A stretch of DNA of 64,000 bases from the NCBI GenBank assembly GCA_963771465.1, contig CAVYTU010000019.1, positions 184,058-248,057 of the forward strand. Reading direction: 5' to 3'. A program made the translations under genes and the position numbers. Shown one piece after another: positions 28,345-37,821 of the stretch (position 1 is its first letter; every line of letters begins with the position of its first letter). The notes below the pieces were generated by a model that ran no database searches, was not told where the DNA came from, and saw only the letters and a program-made list of their open reading frames with translations. The DNA comes from an uncultured delta proteobacterium (GTDB lineage: Bacteria > Desulfobacterota > Binatia > UBA9968).

Positions 28345-29385
28345 ATGGCTTCGATCCTTTATGTTGGTACTGATGAAGGTGTCGTAACGCTGAAAAGCGA
28401 AGACGGCCGTAACTGGAAGCAAGAACATCACGCGCTCAAGGAGTGGGCGATCCCCGAGGTTGCCGTGGGGCCCGAAGCGCCGAACAAAGTTTACGCCGGC
28501 ACGCGCGGCGACGGCGTGTGGGTGAGCGAAGATTTCGGCGCGACCTGGAAAAAACCCTGCTACGGCAAACGCGGCCCAGGCAAAGTGCGCTGTCTATCGT
28601 TCGATCCCCATGATGCCAACACACTTTACGCCGGCACCGAACCGATCGACGTCTTTGTTAGCCGCGACGGCGCGAAAAGCTGGGACCGGCTCGATTCCGT
28701 GTGGAACATTCCCTGGGTTTCGACGGTCACTTACCCGGTCGCCGCCGTGGAACCTCACGTGCGCGACATCACCATCGACCCCAAAGATCCCAAGATCATG
28801 TATGTCGCCTTGCAGGTTGGCTACATGCTCAAGACTACTGACGGCGGCAAGAGCTGGGAGCTTTTGAATAAGAATCTCGACTGCGACGTGCACACCATCG
28901 TGCTCCATCCCGACGACAGCAACAAAATTTTCATCGCCACCGGCGGCCACGACTGCCGCGCCGGCAATGCGCCGGGACGGGCGCTCTATTCAAGCGCCGA
29001 CGGCGGCAAAAACTGGTCGCCCATGGCGATGGAATTCAAGGAAGAATATTCGGTGCCGCTGGCCGTGCACCCGACCCAACACAACGTGATTTATTCGGCG
29101 GTGGCCAATGGCCAGCCGGGACAATGGCGCAAACGTAACGGCGACGCACAAGCTTACTTGATCCAATCCAGGGACGCTGGAAAGACGTGGAACAAACTGG
29201 ACGGCGCGGTGTCGCAGGCAAGTCATAGCTTCGTTGAAAGCTTCGCTTTCGATCCAGCAAACTCCAATTGTCTCTACGCTGCGCAGCGAAACGGCGACCT
29301 GTTCGGCAGCGAAGACAGCGGTGACAGCTGGGTTAAAATGATGAACGTTCCCGAACTCTCTGACATTAAGGTGGCGCACGTGTAG
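28345..29385 (+). CDS. BNR/Asp-box (Ycf48/WD40-YVTN-like) beta-propeller protein, no signal peptide
   Basis: Seven SxDxGxxW-type Asp-boxes (SEDGRNW, SEDFGATW, SRDGAKSW, TTDGGKSW, SADGGKNW, SRDAGKTW, SEDSGDSW). Confidence 0.8.
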   Translation: MASILYVGTDEGVVTLKSEDGRNWKQEHHALKEWAIPEVAVGPEAPNKVYAGTRGDGVWVSEDFGATWKKPCYGKRGPGKVRCLSFDPHDANTLYAGTEPIDVFVSRDGAKSWDRLDSVWNIPWVSTVTYPVAAVEPHVRDITIDPKDPKIMYVALQVGYMLKTTDGGKSWELLNKNLDCDVHTIVLHPDDSNKIFIATGGHDCRAGNAPGRALYSSADGGKNWSPMAMEFKEEYSVPLAVHPTQHNVIYSAVANGQPGQWRKRNGDAQAYLIQSRDAGKTWNKLDGAVSQASHSFVESFAFDPANSNCLYAAQRNGDLFGSEDSGDSWVKMMNVPELSDIKVAHV

Positions 29386-29404
29386 GCGGAGGAAAGTTGA
29401 AGCG

Positions 29405-29476
29405 ATGGAGTATTGGAGTACTGGGATTCCGAATCTGGACTCACCACTCCAATAATCCATCACTTCAGTACTCCAA
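29405..29476. repeat. Octamer inverted repeat element (TGGAGTAY / ACTCCA)
   Basis: atggagtattggagtactgg ... cactccaataatccatcacttcagtactcca. Confidence 0.65.
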
Positions 29477-29493
29477 CCCAAATTGGAATTTTT

Positions 29494-30396
29494 ATGGCAA
29501 AGCTAGTCGGCTGCGTGGCGATGTCGCACGCTCCACAATTGATGCTCGATCCCGATCATTGGCACCTGCTGCAAGATCGGCGCAGTGAAAATTTGCCAGA
29601 CAAGCCGGCGCTGGAAAATGAAACTCTCGAGGTGAAGTGGACCAAGTGGCGCAAGTGCAGAAGCGCCATCGATCAGCTGCGGCAGAAAATCGAAGCGCTG
29701 CAGCCCGATGTTTTTCTCGTCATCGGCGACGATCAGCATGAAAACCTCATCGACGACAACATGCCGCCGTTTACGATTTTCATGGGTAAGGAGGCCGAGG
29801 CGAGCGTCAGCCTGCGCTATCTCAATCAATCACGCTCGGAGAACCGGACGAGATATGAGATCGACGCCAAGCTCGGCGAAGCGCTGGTCAACGGTTTGAT
29901 GGATCACGGCTTCGATCCGTCCTATTCTAAGAAAACGCGCTACGACGGCGGCCTCGGCCACGCGTTTGCCCGCGTGCTCAAGTTTCTCGTCCCACAAGCG
30001 GACCGCCGCGTGATCCCGGTGATGGTCAACACCTACTATCCGCCGGCGCCGTCGGCGAAACGTTGTCTTCAGTTCGGCCAAGCGCTGGCGTCGCTGATCC
30101 GGGAATATCCAAGTAACGACCGAGTCATGATCGCTGCGTCCGGCGGACTGAGCCACACAAAGATCGACGAGGCTTTGGATGAGAAATTTCTCGCGGCGCT
30201 AAAATCGAACGACACAGACTACATGAGCGCCATGCCAGCGTCGGTATTTCGCGAAGGCACATCGGAGATTTTGAATTGGATCGCCGTCGCCGGCGCCGCC
30301 AACCGGCCAGGTAATCTGCTCGAGTACGCGCCGCTCTACCGCACCAAGACCGGCGTCGGCTGCGCCATGGGTTTTGCTTCTTGGGATTTTAGTTAA
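29494..30396 (+). CDS. Class III extradiol ring-cleavage dioxygenase (LigB/MhpB/DesB-like)
   Basis: SHAP, GDDQHEN, GHAF, ASGGLSH, GTSEILNW. Confidence 0.85.
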   Translation: MAKLVGCVAMSHAPQLMLDPDHWHLLQDRRSENLPDKPALENETLEVKWTKWRKCRSAIDQLRQKIEALQPDVFLVIGDDQHENLIDDNMPPFTIFMGKEAEASVSLRYLNQSRSENRTRYEIDAKLGEALVNGLMDHGFDPSYSKKTRYDGGLGHAFARVLKFLVPQADRRVIPVMVNTYYPPAPSAKRCLQFGQALASLIREYPSNDRVMIAASGGLSHTKIDEALDEKFLAALKSNDTDYMSAMPASVFREGTSEILNWIAVAGAANRPGNLLEYAPLYRTKTGVGCAMGFASWDFS

Positions 30397-30524
30397 GACA
30401 GCATCAGGTTCCGCGGCTCGTTAGATTGTCTCCCCGAGCGTCGGCGATCGCCCTCACCTTTCGCCGAAGTAGCGAAGCACGAGTTATTTTCACATTCCAC
30501 AGATAACCGCCGATCGCGCCGTTA

Positions 30525-31826
30525 ATGACTTCCGACTCCTCTGAATCGAATTCAAAATCAGCCGGCCGCCTCGGCGCTCTACGTTACCGCGACTTTCGGC
30601 TTTTCTGGACCGGCCAATTGATTTCCAACATCGGCACCTGGATGCAGATGACTGCAACCAGTTGGCTGCTCTACCAGCTCACCGGCTCGCCGGCTTTGCT
30701 CGGCTTGAACGGCGTTTTTCGCGCCATCCCGGCTATCAGTCTCGGTTTGATCGGCGGTACGATTGCGGATCGTTATGACCGCCGACGCATGCTGCTCTGG
30801 ACTCAAGTATCGTTAGGACTGCTCGCTCTCGGCATCGGCGTGCTCGATCACATCGGCCACATTCAACCCTGGCATATCTACACCTTAACATTTTTGAGCG
30901 CGTCGGTTGGCGCCTTCGACGGACCGGCGCGTCAAGCGATGTTTCCCTCCCTGGTGCCGCGCTCGGCTTTACCGAATGCCGTGGCGCTCAATTCATTATT
31001 GTGGAAGGGCTCGGCGCTGGTCGGTCCGTCGCTAGGCGGCGTTGCGATTAGTCTCATGGGCACAGCCGGCGCGTTCTACGCCAACGCGGCGAGCTTCTCA
31101 GTCGTGGTGGTCACGCTGTTGCGGCTCCACGTTAAGGCCAGACCGGAACCCCAACGTCGGCGCCGTTTTCTCGCTGAAGCCCAGGAAGGATTTTCTTATA
31201 TCGTTTCTCGGCCGATCATTCTTGGGATAAGTCTTCTGGAAGCGGTCGCTTCGATCTTCGGGTTAGACCACACCATGCTGACCGTGTTCGCCAGCGACAT
31301 TCTGCGCGTCGGCGCGCACGGCTTCGGCTTGCTCCAATCGGCGCGCGGCCTCGGCGCGGTGATCGGTTCCAGTCTCTATATTGCGTTCGGCCAACGGCCG
31401 CACCAAGGACGTATCTTGCTCGTCTCGGCGATTTCTTACGGCATCGGCTTCGCGCTCTTCGGGCTGTCGCCGTCCTTCGGGCTATCGCTTTTATTGATGA
31501 CCTTTGTCGGCATCGCCGACACGATCTGGGGCGCGTCGCGCGGCACCATCATGCAAATGATCACGCCGGAACGATTTCGCGGCCGGGCGATGGGAGTTTT
31601 TCATCTCAGCAGCCGTGGCCTGCACCCGCTCGGCCAAGTCGAATCCGGCATATTGATCCCGCTGATCGGCGCCCGTGAAGCTACCGTCGCGGGCGGGCTA
31701 TTCGTGTCCTTGGTGACCATCGTAACCGTATGGAAAGTTCCCGCGATCCGGAAATTTCGCTGGGACCAAATACCTGAGAGCTCAGCGAATGATAATCCCG
31801 CGGATAAGAATCGCGCCGCGAGTTAG
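30525..31826 (+). CDS. MFS transporter
   Basis: LRYRDFRLFWTGQLISNIGTWMQ, ADRYDRRR, PARQA, RGRAMG; about 12 TM segments. Confidence 0.9.
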   Translation: MTSDSSESNSKSAGRLGALRYRDFRLFWTGQLISNIGTWMQMTATSWLLYQLTGSPALLGLNGVFRAIPAISLGLIGGTIADRYDRRRMLLWTQVSLGLLALGIGVLDHIGHIQPWHIYTLTFLSASVGAFDGPARQAMFPSLVPRSALPNAVALNSLLWKGSALVGPSLGGVAISLMGTAGAFYANAASFSVVVVTLLRLHVKARPEPQRRRRFLAEAQEGFSYIVSRPIILGISLLEAVASIFGLDHTMLTVFASDILRVGAHGFGLLQSARGLGAVIGSSLYIAFGQRPHQGRILLVSAISYGIGFALFGLSPSFGLSLLLMTFVGIADTIWGASRGTIMQMITPERFRGRAMGVFHLSSRGLHPLGQVESGILIPLIGAREATVAGGLFVSLVTIVTVWKVPAIRKFRWDQIPESSANDNPADKNRAAS

Positions 31827-31882
31827 CGCCCCGCGATTGGGTGGCAAGTTCACGATCGAATCGCGCCCGACAGTCTTCCAAC

Positions 31883-31918
31883 GATTGGAACCATTTGAAC
31901 GGCTTGAACGTTTTGAAC
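31883..31918. repeat. Nonamer tandem repeat x4 (NNNTTGAAC) between convergent genes
   Basis: gattggaac catttgaac ggcttgaac gttttgaac. Confidence 0.7.
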
Positions 31919-31936
31919 GGCGCTGCCCGGCGCCTC

Positions 31937-33163
31937 CTACGGCAGCGGCTCGCGCCGATCATCGAGGGGTTTGAAGCGCTGCGAATATCGCAGCCGCGCG
32001 CCCAGCCGGCCGGTGAGGAACTTCTCCCGGCTTTCGGTGGCGAGATCGAGTCGGACATTTTTTTTCGGATCGCGAAACGTATTGATCGGATCCTTGCCCG
32101 CGGCGATGAGTTTGATCTGGTTGTCGAGCAAGTGTCGAAACAGCACCAGGCCGTGATCGGACTCGCCCAGCATTTCCTTGGTGCGGTCGTAAATCGCGCC
32201 TTGGGAAATGAAGATCGCGTTGTCTTGCGGGTCCACGTCGTTGTTGAGCAGTTCGTACATCGGCTGCCCGTGGCTGTCTAGTTGCGGCGAGGGCATGTGA
32301 TAGAGCGGCATTTGCTCCTTGGTTTGCCGCTCGCCTTCGTTGAACGGATGGATCGAATAGTACCACTGCGCCGTGTGGGTCTCGTCCACCGGCACGCGGA
32401 AGCGCAGCATGTCGGGCCCTTTTTGAATCGTCGGGAAGATTAGCCAATGGCCGATCTTCCAGTCGTCGGACTCCTCGGTTTCGCCTTCGAGAATGCGCCG
32501 CTTGATAATGCCGTATTCGGCGATATCGAAACCGATCCTTTGATGATAAACACGCTTGCGTTTGAGTTCGCTGCGGCCGCTCCGCTCGGCGGAGTAGTTA
32601 CGAAATACGCCATGCAGCCATTCGACGTGCACGGGATCTAGAATATTTTCGACTGTCTGCACCCAATTGCAGGCGGTAAGCGTATAACCAACTTCACGCC
32701 AATAGTTATCCTCGACGAGCAAATCCCAGCGCGGCACCAGCGGCGCCGGTTGCGGTCCCAGGTAAGCGAAGATCAAACCACCCAGCTCCTCGACCGCGTA
32801 ATGGGTCAGCTGAATCTTGTCTTTGAATCCCTTGTTGAGCGTCTCCTCGAAGGGCTGTTCCAGACAGCGGCCGGCATGATTGAATTTCCAACCGTGATAC
32901 GCACACCGGATGCCATCTTCTTCAGCCATGCCGTAAACCAATTGCGCGCGACGATGCGGACAGTAGGCGTCGATCAGACCGAGCTTGCCCCTGGTGTCTT
33001 TGAACAACACCAACTCTTCGCCGAGAATCTTGACCAGCTTGGTCGGATGGCGCGCCAATTCCGACACCCCTGCGATCGGATACCAGTAACGGCGCAACAA
33101 ATCCCCCACCGGCGTGCCTGCTTTGACTTGCGTCAATCTTTCATTGTCTTCTTTGCTGATCAT
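31937..33163 (-). CDS. Rieske non-heme iron oxygenase
   Basis: CPH...CAYH; ENILDPVHVEWLH; QDNAIFISQG. Confidence 0.9.
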   Translation of the reverse strand: MISKEDNERLTQVKAGTPVGDLLRRYWYPIAGVSELARHPTKLVKILGEELVLFKDTRGKLGLIDAYCPHRRAQLVYGMAEEDGIRCAYHGWKFNHAGRCLEQPFEETLNKGFKDKIQLTHYAVEELGGLIFAYLGPQPAPLVPRWDLLVEDNYWREVGYTLTACNWVQTVENILDPVHVEWLHGVFRNYSAERSGRSELKRKRVYHQRIGFDIAEYGIIKRRILEGETEESDDWKIGHWLIFPTIQKGPDMLRFRVPVDETHTAQWYYSIHPFNEGERQTKEQMPLYHMPSPQLDSHGQPMYELLNNDVDPQDNAIFISQGAIYDRTKEMLGESDHGLVLFRHLLDNQIKLIAAGKDPINTFRDPKKNVRLDLATESREKFLTGRLGARLRYSQRFKPLDDRREPLP

Positions 33164-33265
33164 GTTCGACTCCGCTTTGATATTAACGATTACAACATCT
33201 CAGGCCGTCGTGCCACCTGAGCGTATCTACGCTCGATGATTGGGGATTAAGTGTCTCCGACATCC

Positions 33266-33300
33266 TCCATTTTCAATTTTCCATTATCCATTTTCCATTC
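33266..33300. repeat. Heptamer tandem repeat x5 (TCCATTT family)
   Basis: tccattt tcaattt tccatta tccattt tccattc. Confidence 0.7.
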
Positions 33301-34432
33301 AAGGCCGCTTGGCGGCCTTGGCCAACGCCTGGTTAACGACCTTTTGCATCGGCTCGGAGTCCATCCATTCGGCCTTCCAGGTTACCATATAATTTGTGTC
33401 CGCTTTGCGCCGCGCGATGGGTCGCAGATCGTTCTTCGGAATATCGATACGCAGTGAGTCATTGACGCCGCCATCTTTCTGCACGGCGATTTGTCCGTCG
33501 CGCGACAGCAGCCAGTTGATAAAGACTTTTGCCGCATTGGGATGGGGCGAGCGCTCCAACCAGGCCACGGTAAACGCCCCAGGTTCCAAATTGCCGCCTT
33601 CTTTCCAAGCGCCGGTGTCGAAAACGTTGACTGGTAAGCCTTGAGCTTTGGCTTGCAGAACGTCATCGCCGTTGCCAAACAACAAAAGCGCAAAGCGTTT
33701 TTGCGCCAGCCAATTGATCGCTTGGGTGTAGTCGCGCGATACCATGACCACTTGTTCGGTCAACAGCCGGCGCAAATATTCCGCGCCCAGTTGCGGATGA
33801 TAAAAGACCGCGCGCGCGCCGCTGCGGCCGTAGCCGCCGTAACGCGGGTCCATGACGACGATCTTGGCGCGCCATTTCTCGCTTAACAAATCCCAATACG
33901 ACGTCAAGTCCGCCGGCGCGACCATTTCGCTGTTGTGCGCCACCATATTCACCGACACGCTGCCCACGGCGACGAAAATATACTTGCCCTCGGCGTCGAT
34001 GTATTGATGTTTCCCCGACCACCACTTGGACTCGTCTTTGACCTCGGGAAGAATGAAAGCCGCGGCCACCGGCTGCAACGCTTTCGCTTGATAGAGCGCA
34101 TACGGTGAAGTGTTGCCGATGCGCGCCACGTCGGCGAGATATTTTCCGGCGCGCCGCTCGGTCATGATGCGCACCAACAGTTCGTTGCCCTTGCCCTGGA
34201 CGACTCGGACCTTGATACGCGGAAACTTTTTCTCGAATTCGCCGAGGAACCCGACTTCGCCGAGCGTGTAGTAGGAAAACTCGCCTTCCTGCTCCGCCGC
34301 TTTGATCGTGCGCTCCCATTCGGATTCCCAAGTGGCAGCGGCGCCGGCGGATAGCGCCGCCGGCGCCACGCCGGCCGAAATCAGCGCTACAACCAATCCA
34401 ACCAAGAGACGCAATCGCAACGTTGTCGTCAT
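33299..34432 (-). CDS. Extracellular solute-binding protein (AfuA/FbpA-like)
   Basis: Signal, WERTIKAAEQEG, ERRAGKYLAD, PHPNAAKVFINWLLSRDGQ, SLRIDIPK. Confidence 0.85.
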   Translation of the reverse strand: MTTTLRLRLLVGLVVALISAGVAPAALSAGAAATWESEWERTIKAAEQEGEFSYYTLGEVGFLGEFEKKFPRIKVRVVQGKGNELLVRIMTERRAGKYLADVARIGNTSPYALYQAKALQPVAAAFILPEVKDESKWWSGKHQYIDAEGKYIFVAVGSVSVNMVAHNSEMVAPADLTSYWDLLSEKWRAKIVVMDPRYGGYGRSGARAVFYHPQLGAEYLRRLLTEQVVMVSRDYTQAINWLAQKRFALLLFGNGDDVLQAKAQGLPVNVFDTGAWKEGGNLEPGAFTVAWLERSPHPNAAKVFINWLLSRDGQIAVQKDGGVNDSLRIDIPKNDLRPIARRKADTNYMVTWKAEWMDSEPMQKVVNQALAKAAKRP

Positions 34433-34710
34433 TTGCTTTTGATGATTTCCTTAAAGAGTTTGCTCACCGGCTCTTGGTTACTCCGCTCCGGCATGTCCAT
34501 CATGATATATTTCGTTCCCGCGGCCCGGCGTTGCCCGGCGGGCACGACATCCTTTGGAATATCGATGCGCAGCGACTCAACCAATAGATCCGCCGAATTC
34601 ATGATCTTCTGAAACGACGCTTGCCCATCTCGCGACAACAGCAGAGTCAACAAGCAGAACAATCCGCCAAGTGCCGAGCAACGCAAACTTTGCATGAGCA
34701 ACGTCGTCAA
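34429..34710 (-). pseudogene. Internally deleted AfuA-like SBP: signal peptide fused in frame to the last ~70 aa
   Basis: MTTLLMQSLRCSALGGLFCLLTLLL joined directly to SRDGQ...SLRIDIPKDVVP...RR..G.KY. Confidence 0.7.
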
Positions 34711-34765
34711 CGTGGCACCTGATACGTATGATTGGGGACAATTTTAACTTTTTAAAAAGGGGGGA

Positions 34766-35881
34766 CTAATTTTCCCGCGGCCAGAGCGTCACGCCCTCAG
34801 GCTTGAGATCAAGAGAGACCTTGTCACCGGACTTGAGCCCCAGGGACACCGGTGAACCTAAAACGCGCGTATCAGATCCGAGGGTAACCGTATACTCATA
34901 GCGGTCGCCGAGAAACAGCACCGTCTCCAATCTCGCCTCGACGAGATTGCTGCGGCCTTCCTGCCGGCCCGCCGACAAGTTGACCTGTTCCGGGCGAATC
35001 GCCACCATCACGCCTTGCCCAACGGCGGGAAAGCCGTTGGCCGCCGAAATCACGTTGCTTCTCGGCAATACCAGTTGCGCGGTTGTGCCGCCCTGAACCT
35101 CAACGTTCACCTGTTGGTCCGAGAGGCTGCTGACCTTGCCCGGCAGTAGAAAGGTCTTGCCGAGAAAGTCGCGCACGAATGGCGTGGCGGGTTTGAAGTA
35201 AACCTGTTCCGGCGTGCCGACTTGTTCGAACACGCCGAACTTCATGATCGCAATCCGATCGGACAAGCTCAAGGCTTCGATCTGATCATGGGTGACGAAA
35301 ATGACCGTGATGTGAACCCGCTGCTGCAGGGATTTTAGTTCCCGGCGCATCTCTTCGCGCAGCTGCGCGTCCAAGTTGCTGAGCGGCTCATCGAGTAGCA
35401 AGACTTTCGGGGAGAAGACCAACGCGCGCGCCAGCGCGACGCGCTGTTGCTGCCCGCCGCTCAACGCCGGCGCCGGCCGCTCTTCCAGGCCGGCCAGACC
35501 GACGAGACCAAGCACGTCAGCGACTTTTTTCTCGGCCTCCCGGCCTCGGATGCCGCGAAGCTTGAGCGGATAGACGACGTTTTCGAAAACCGTCATATGC
35601 GGCCACAGCGCATAGGACTGAAAAACCATGCCCATGTTGCGCTTTTCCGGTTTGATGAAAAGATTTTTTTCCGGCGCGACGAGGCACTGATCGCCGAGAT
35701 AGATCGCGCCGCTGTCGGGTTTTTCCAAGCCGCCGACCATGCGAAGAGTCGTCGTCTTGCCACAGCCGCTGGAGCCTAGCAGAGTAAAGAATTCACCTTC
35801 GGCTATTTCCAGGTTGATACGATTGACCGCGGCAACCTGGCCGAACGTTTTATAGAGATTTTGAATGCGTAAAAAACTCAC
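34766..35881 (-). CDS. ABC transporter ATP-binding protein (FbpC/PotA-like, TOBE domain)
   Basis: GSSGCGKT, LSGGQQQR, LLLDEP, VTHDQ. Confidence 0.92.
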   Translation of the reverse strand: MSFLRIQNLYKTFGQVAAVNRINLEIAEGEFFTLLGSSGCGKTTTLRMVGGLEKPDSGAIYLGDQCLVAPEKNLFIKPEKRNMGMVFQSYALWPHMTVFENVVYPLKLRGIRGREAEKKVADVLGLVGLAGLEERPAPALSGGQQQRVALARALVFSPKVLLLDEPLSNLDAQLREEMRRELKSLQQRVHITVIFVTHDQIEALSLSDRIAIMKFGVFEQVGTPEQVYFKPATPFVRDFLGKTFLLPGKVSSLSDQQVNVEVQGGTTAQLVLPRSNVISAANGFPAVGQGVMVAIRPEQVNLSAGRQEGRSNLVEARLETVLFLGDRYEYTVTLGSDTRVLGSPVSLGLKSGDKVSLDLKPEGVTLWPREN

Positions 35882-35908
35882 GTGCTCGTTTCCTTACTCT
35901 CTAATAAA

Positions 35909-37639
35909 TCAGTCCGCCCGGATGCCGACCTTGAGCCCGAACGATCGCGCCACCATCGCCACACCCAAAGTCATCAGCATGATGAAAATAACCGTGATGC
36001 TTGCCACCTCACGGTAGCCCGCCGCCACTTGGTCCAAAGCCAAAAGTGACAAAGTGCGAGTTTCCGACGTCGCCAAGAGAATAATGCTGGAGGTCTGCTG
36101 CGAGGCGAACATGAATTTGAGCACCGCGACCAACACCATGGTCTGAGCCATCAACGGAAAGACGACCTTGAAATAGGTGCGCCAAAACCCGGCGCCGGAC
36201 ATGCGCGATGCTTCTTCCAGCTCGTTACCCAACTGGACGAAGTTCGCTTTCAATATTTGCGTCGCGAGCGTGATGCCGCCCAAAACCGAAGCGATCACGA
36301 GCAAGAAAAGCGTGCCGTAAAAGGGCCGAAAAAACGGCGTACCGAGAAACATCCATAAAAGACCGAGGCCGGTAAGCACGCCGGGAATCGCCGACGGCAG
36401 CCAGCAAATCGAATCGAGAATGCCCCGGCCGGGAAATTTAGTGCGCACCAAAACATAGGCCACCAGGGAAAAGAAAAACGCTCCAACGATCGCCGCGCTG
36501 AAGGCGATGATCAAAGTATTTTGCAGGCCCTGAAGGATGCGCGGATCGCTGAGCGCCATTTTCCAGTATTCCACAGTCCAAGTTTTGGGCAGATTAAAAA
36601 AGCCGAAACGGGTCATGAAGCTGCCGCCGAACACGCTCAAGATCGGCACGATGTCCAAAAGAAAAACCATGAAGCCGACGAACAACGTGGCCGGTATACG
36701 CCAGATGCCGAGGTCGACGATCTTCGGCTTGAACTGCCCGGTCACCGTGGTGAACTGCCGGCGCGCGATCAGTCGGCGTTGGATGGGGATAAACGCAACG
36801 AGAAAAATCAGGATCACGCTGCCGAGCGCCGCAGCTTGATTGACCAACGGCGGCTCCTGGCGCGCCAGATCGACGATCTTGGTGGCGTAAACATAAAAGC
36901 CCCAGGGGACGCCGAGCAGCAGCTCAGTTTCAAAGCTGCTGAAAATCCGGATCACGCTGAGCAAGAACACCACAATGATGACCGGCGTCATGGCGGGAAT
37001 GGTGATGCGCCACAAGGTCGTCAGCGGGCTCGCGCCGGACATGCGGCTCGCTTCTTCCATCGACGCATCCATGCGCCGAAACGCCGGCGTCAACAACATC
37101 ACCTTGGTGGAGATGGCGTTGGCCATGACATGGGCCCAGATGATACCCCAGAAAGAATAGATGTCGAAGTTCAGTCCGAAAGGAAGTTGACGCAGCCAAT
37201 TGTTGATTAGCCCTGTGCTCGGATCGAGCATCAGCATCCAGCCGAAAGTCGTCGCCAAGTTGGGCAGAATAAAAGAAATCCAAAAACCGAACTCAAAGGC
37301 GTTGGCGCCGTATATATTAGTTCGCGCCAATAACCACGAGATGAAGATTCCCGACGGCAGGGCGATGATTTGCAGCACGATGCCGATCTTGACGCTGTTC
37401 CAGAGCGCGCGCCATATCCCTGGCTCAGCGAAAGCTTGGCGCCAAGCCCCCAGACCGTACACTTCTGGCTCTGCGATAGTCGCGGTGTTGAAGCTATTGA
37501 CTACAATCAGCGTCAACGGGTAGAGCACATAAAAACCCATGAAGCCGATCAGCACGGTCATGATCAGCGTGCCACCGTCCAGTGGCGGTAACCAGGAACG
37601 GCTAACTGTGAGAGGACTTATCGTCTCGGTTTTAGCCAT
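35909..37639 (-). CDS. Fe3+/FbpB-type ABC transporter permease
   Basis: Two EAA loops (MEEASRMSGA, LEEASRMSGA); multiple TM segments. Confidence 0.88.
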   Translation of the reverse strand: MAKTETISPLTVSRSWLPPLDGGTLIMTVLIGFMGFYVLYPLTLIVVNSFNTATIAEPEVYGLGAWRQAFAEPGIWRALWNSVKIGIVLQIIALPSGIFISWLLARTNIYGANAFEFGFWISFILPNLATTFGWMLMLDPSTGLINNWLRQLPFGLNFDIYSFWGIIWAHVMANAISTKVMLLTPAFRRMDASMEEASRMSGASPLTTLWRITIPAMTPVIIVVFLLSVIRIFSSFETELLLGVPWGFYVYATKIVDLARQEPPLVNQAAALGSVILIFLVAFIPIQRRLIARRQFTTVTGQFKPKIVDLGIWRIPATLFVGFMVFLLDIVPILSVFGGSFMTRFGFFNLPKTWTVEYWKMALSDPRILQGLQNTLIIAFSAAIVGAFFFSLVAYVLVRTKFPGRGILDSICWLPSAIPGVLTGLGLLWMFLGTPFFRPFYGTLFLLVIASVLGGITLATQILKANFVQLGNELEEASRMSGAGFWRTYFKVVFPLMAQTMVLVAVLKFMFASQQTSSIILLATSETRTLSLLALDQVAAGYREVASITVIFIMLMTLGVAMVARSFGLKVGIRAD

Positions 37640-37821
37640 ATGCGTAGACCCCTTTCGAAGCCAGCGCGTTTGTAACGTGTCACAAGGCTAAGATCAAGAG
37701 TATTAATAGTTCCGTACGGAAATTTTCGACGCCATGGCAATGGATCCTAATTCAAACCTCTAGTCAGCTTAGGATGCATATGCAGGCTATAACTAGTTAA
37801 GGGTTTGAATATTTTAATCAG

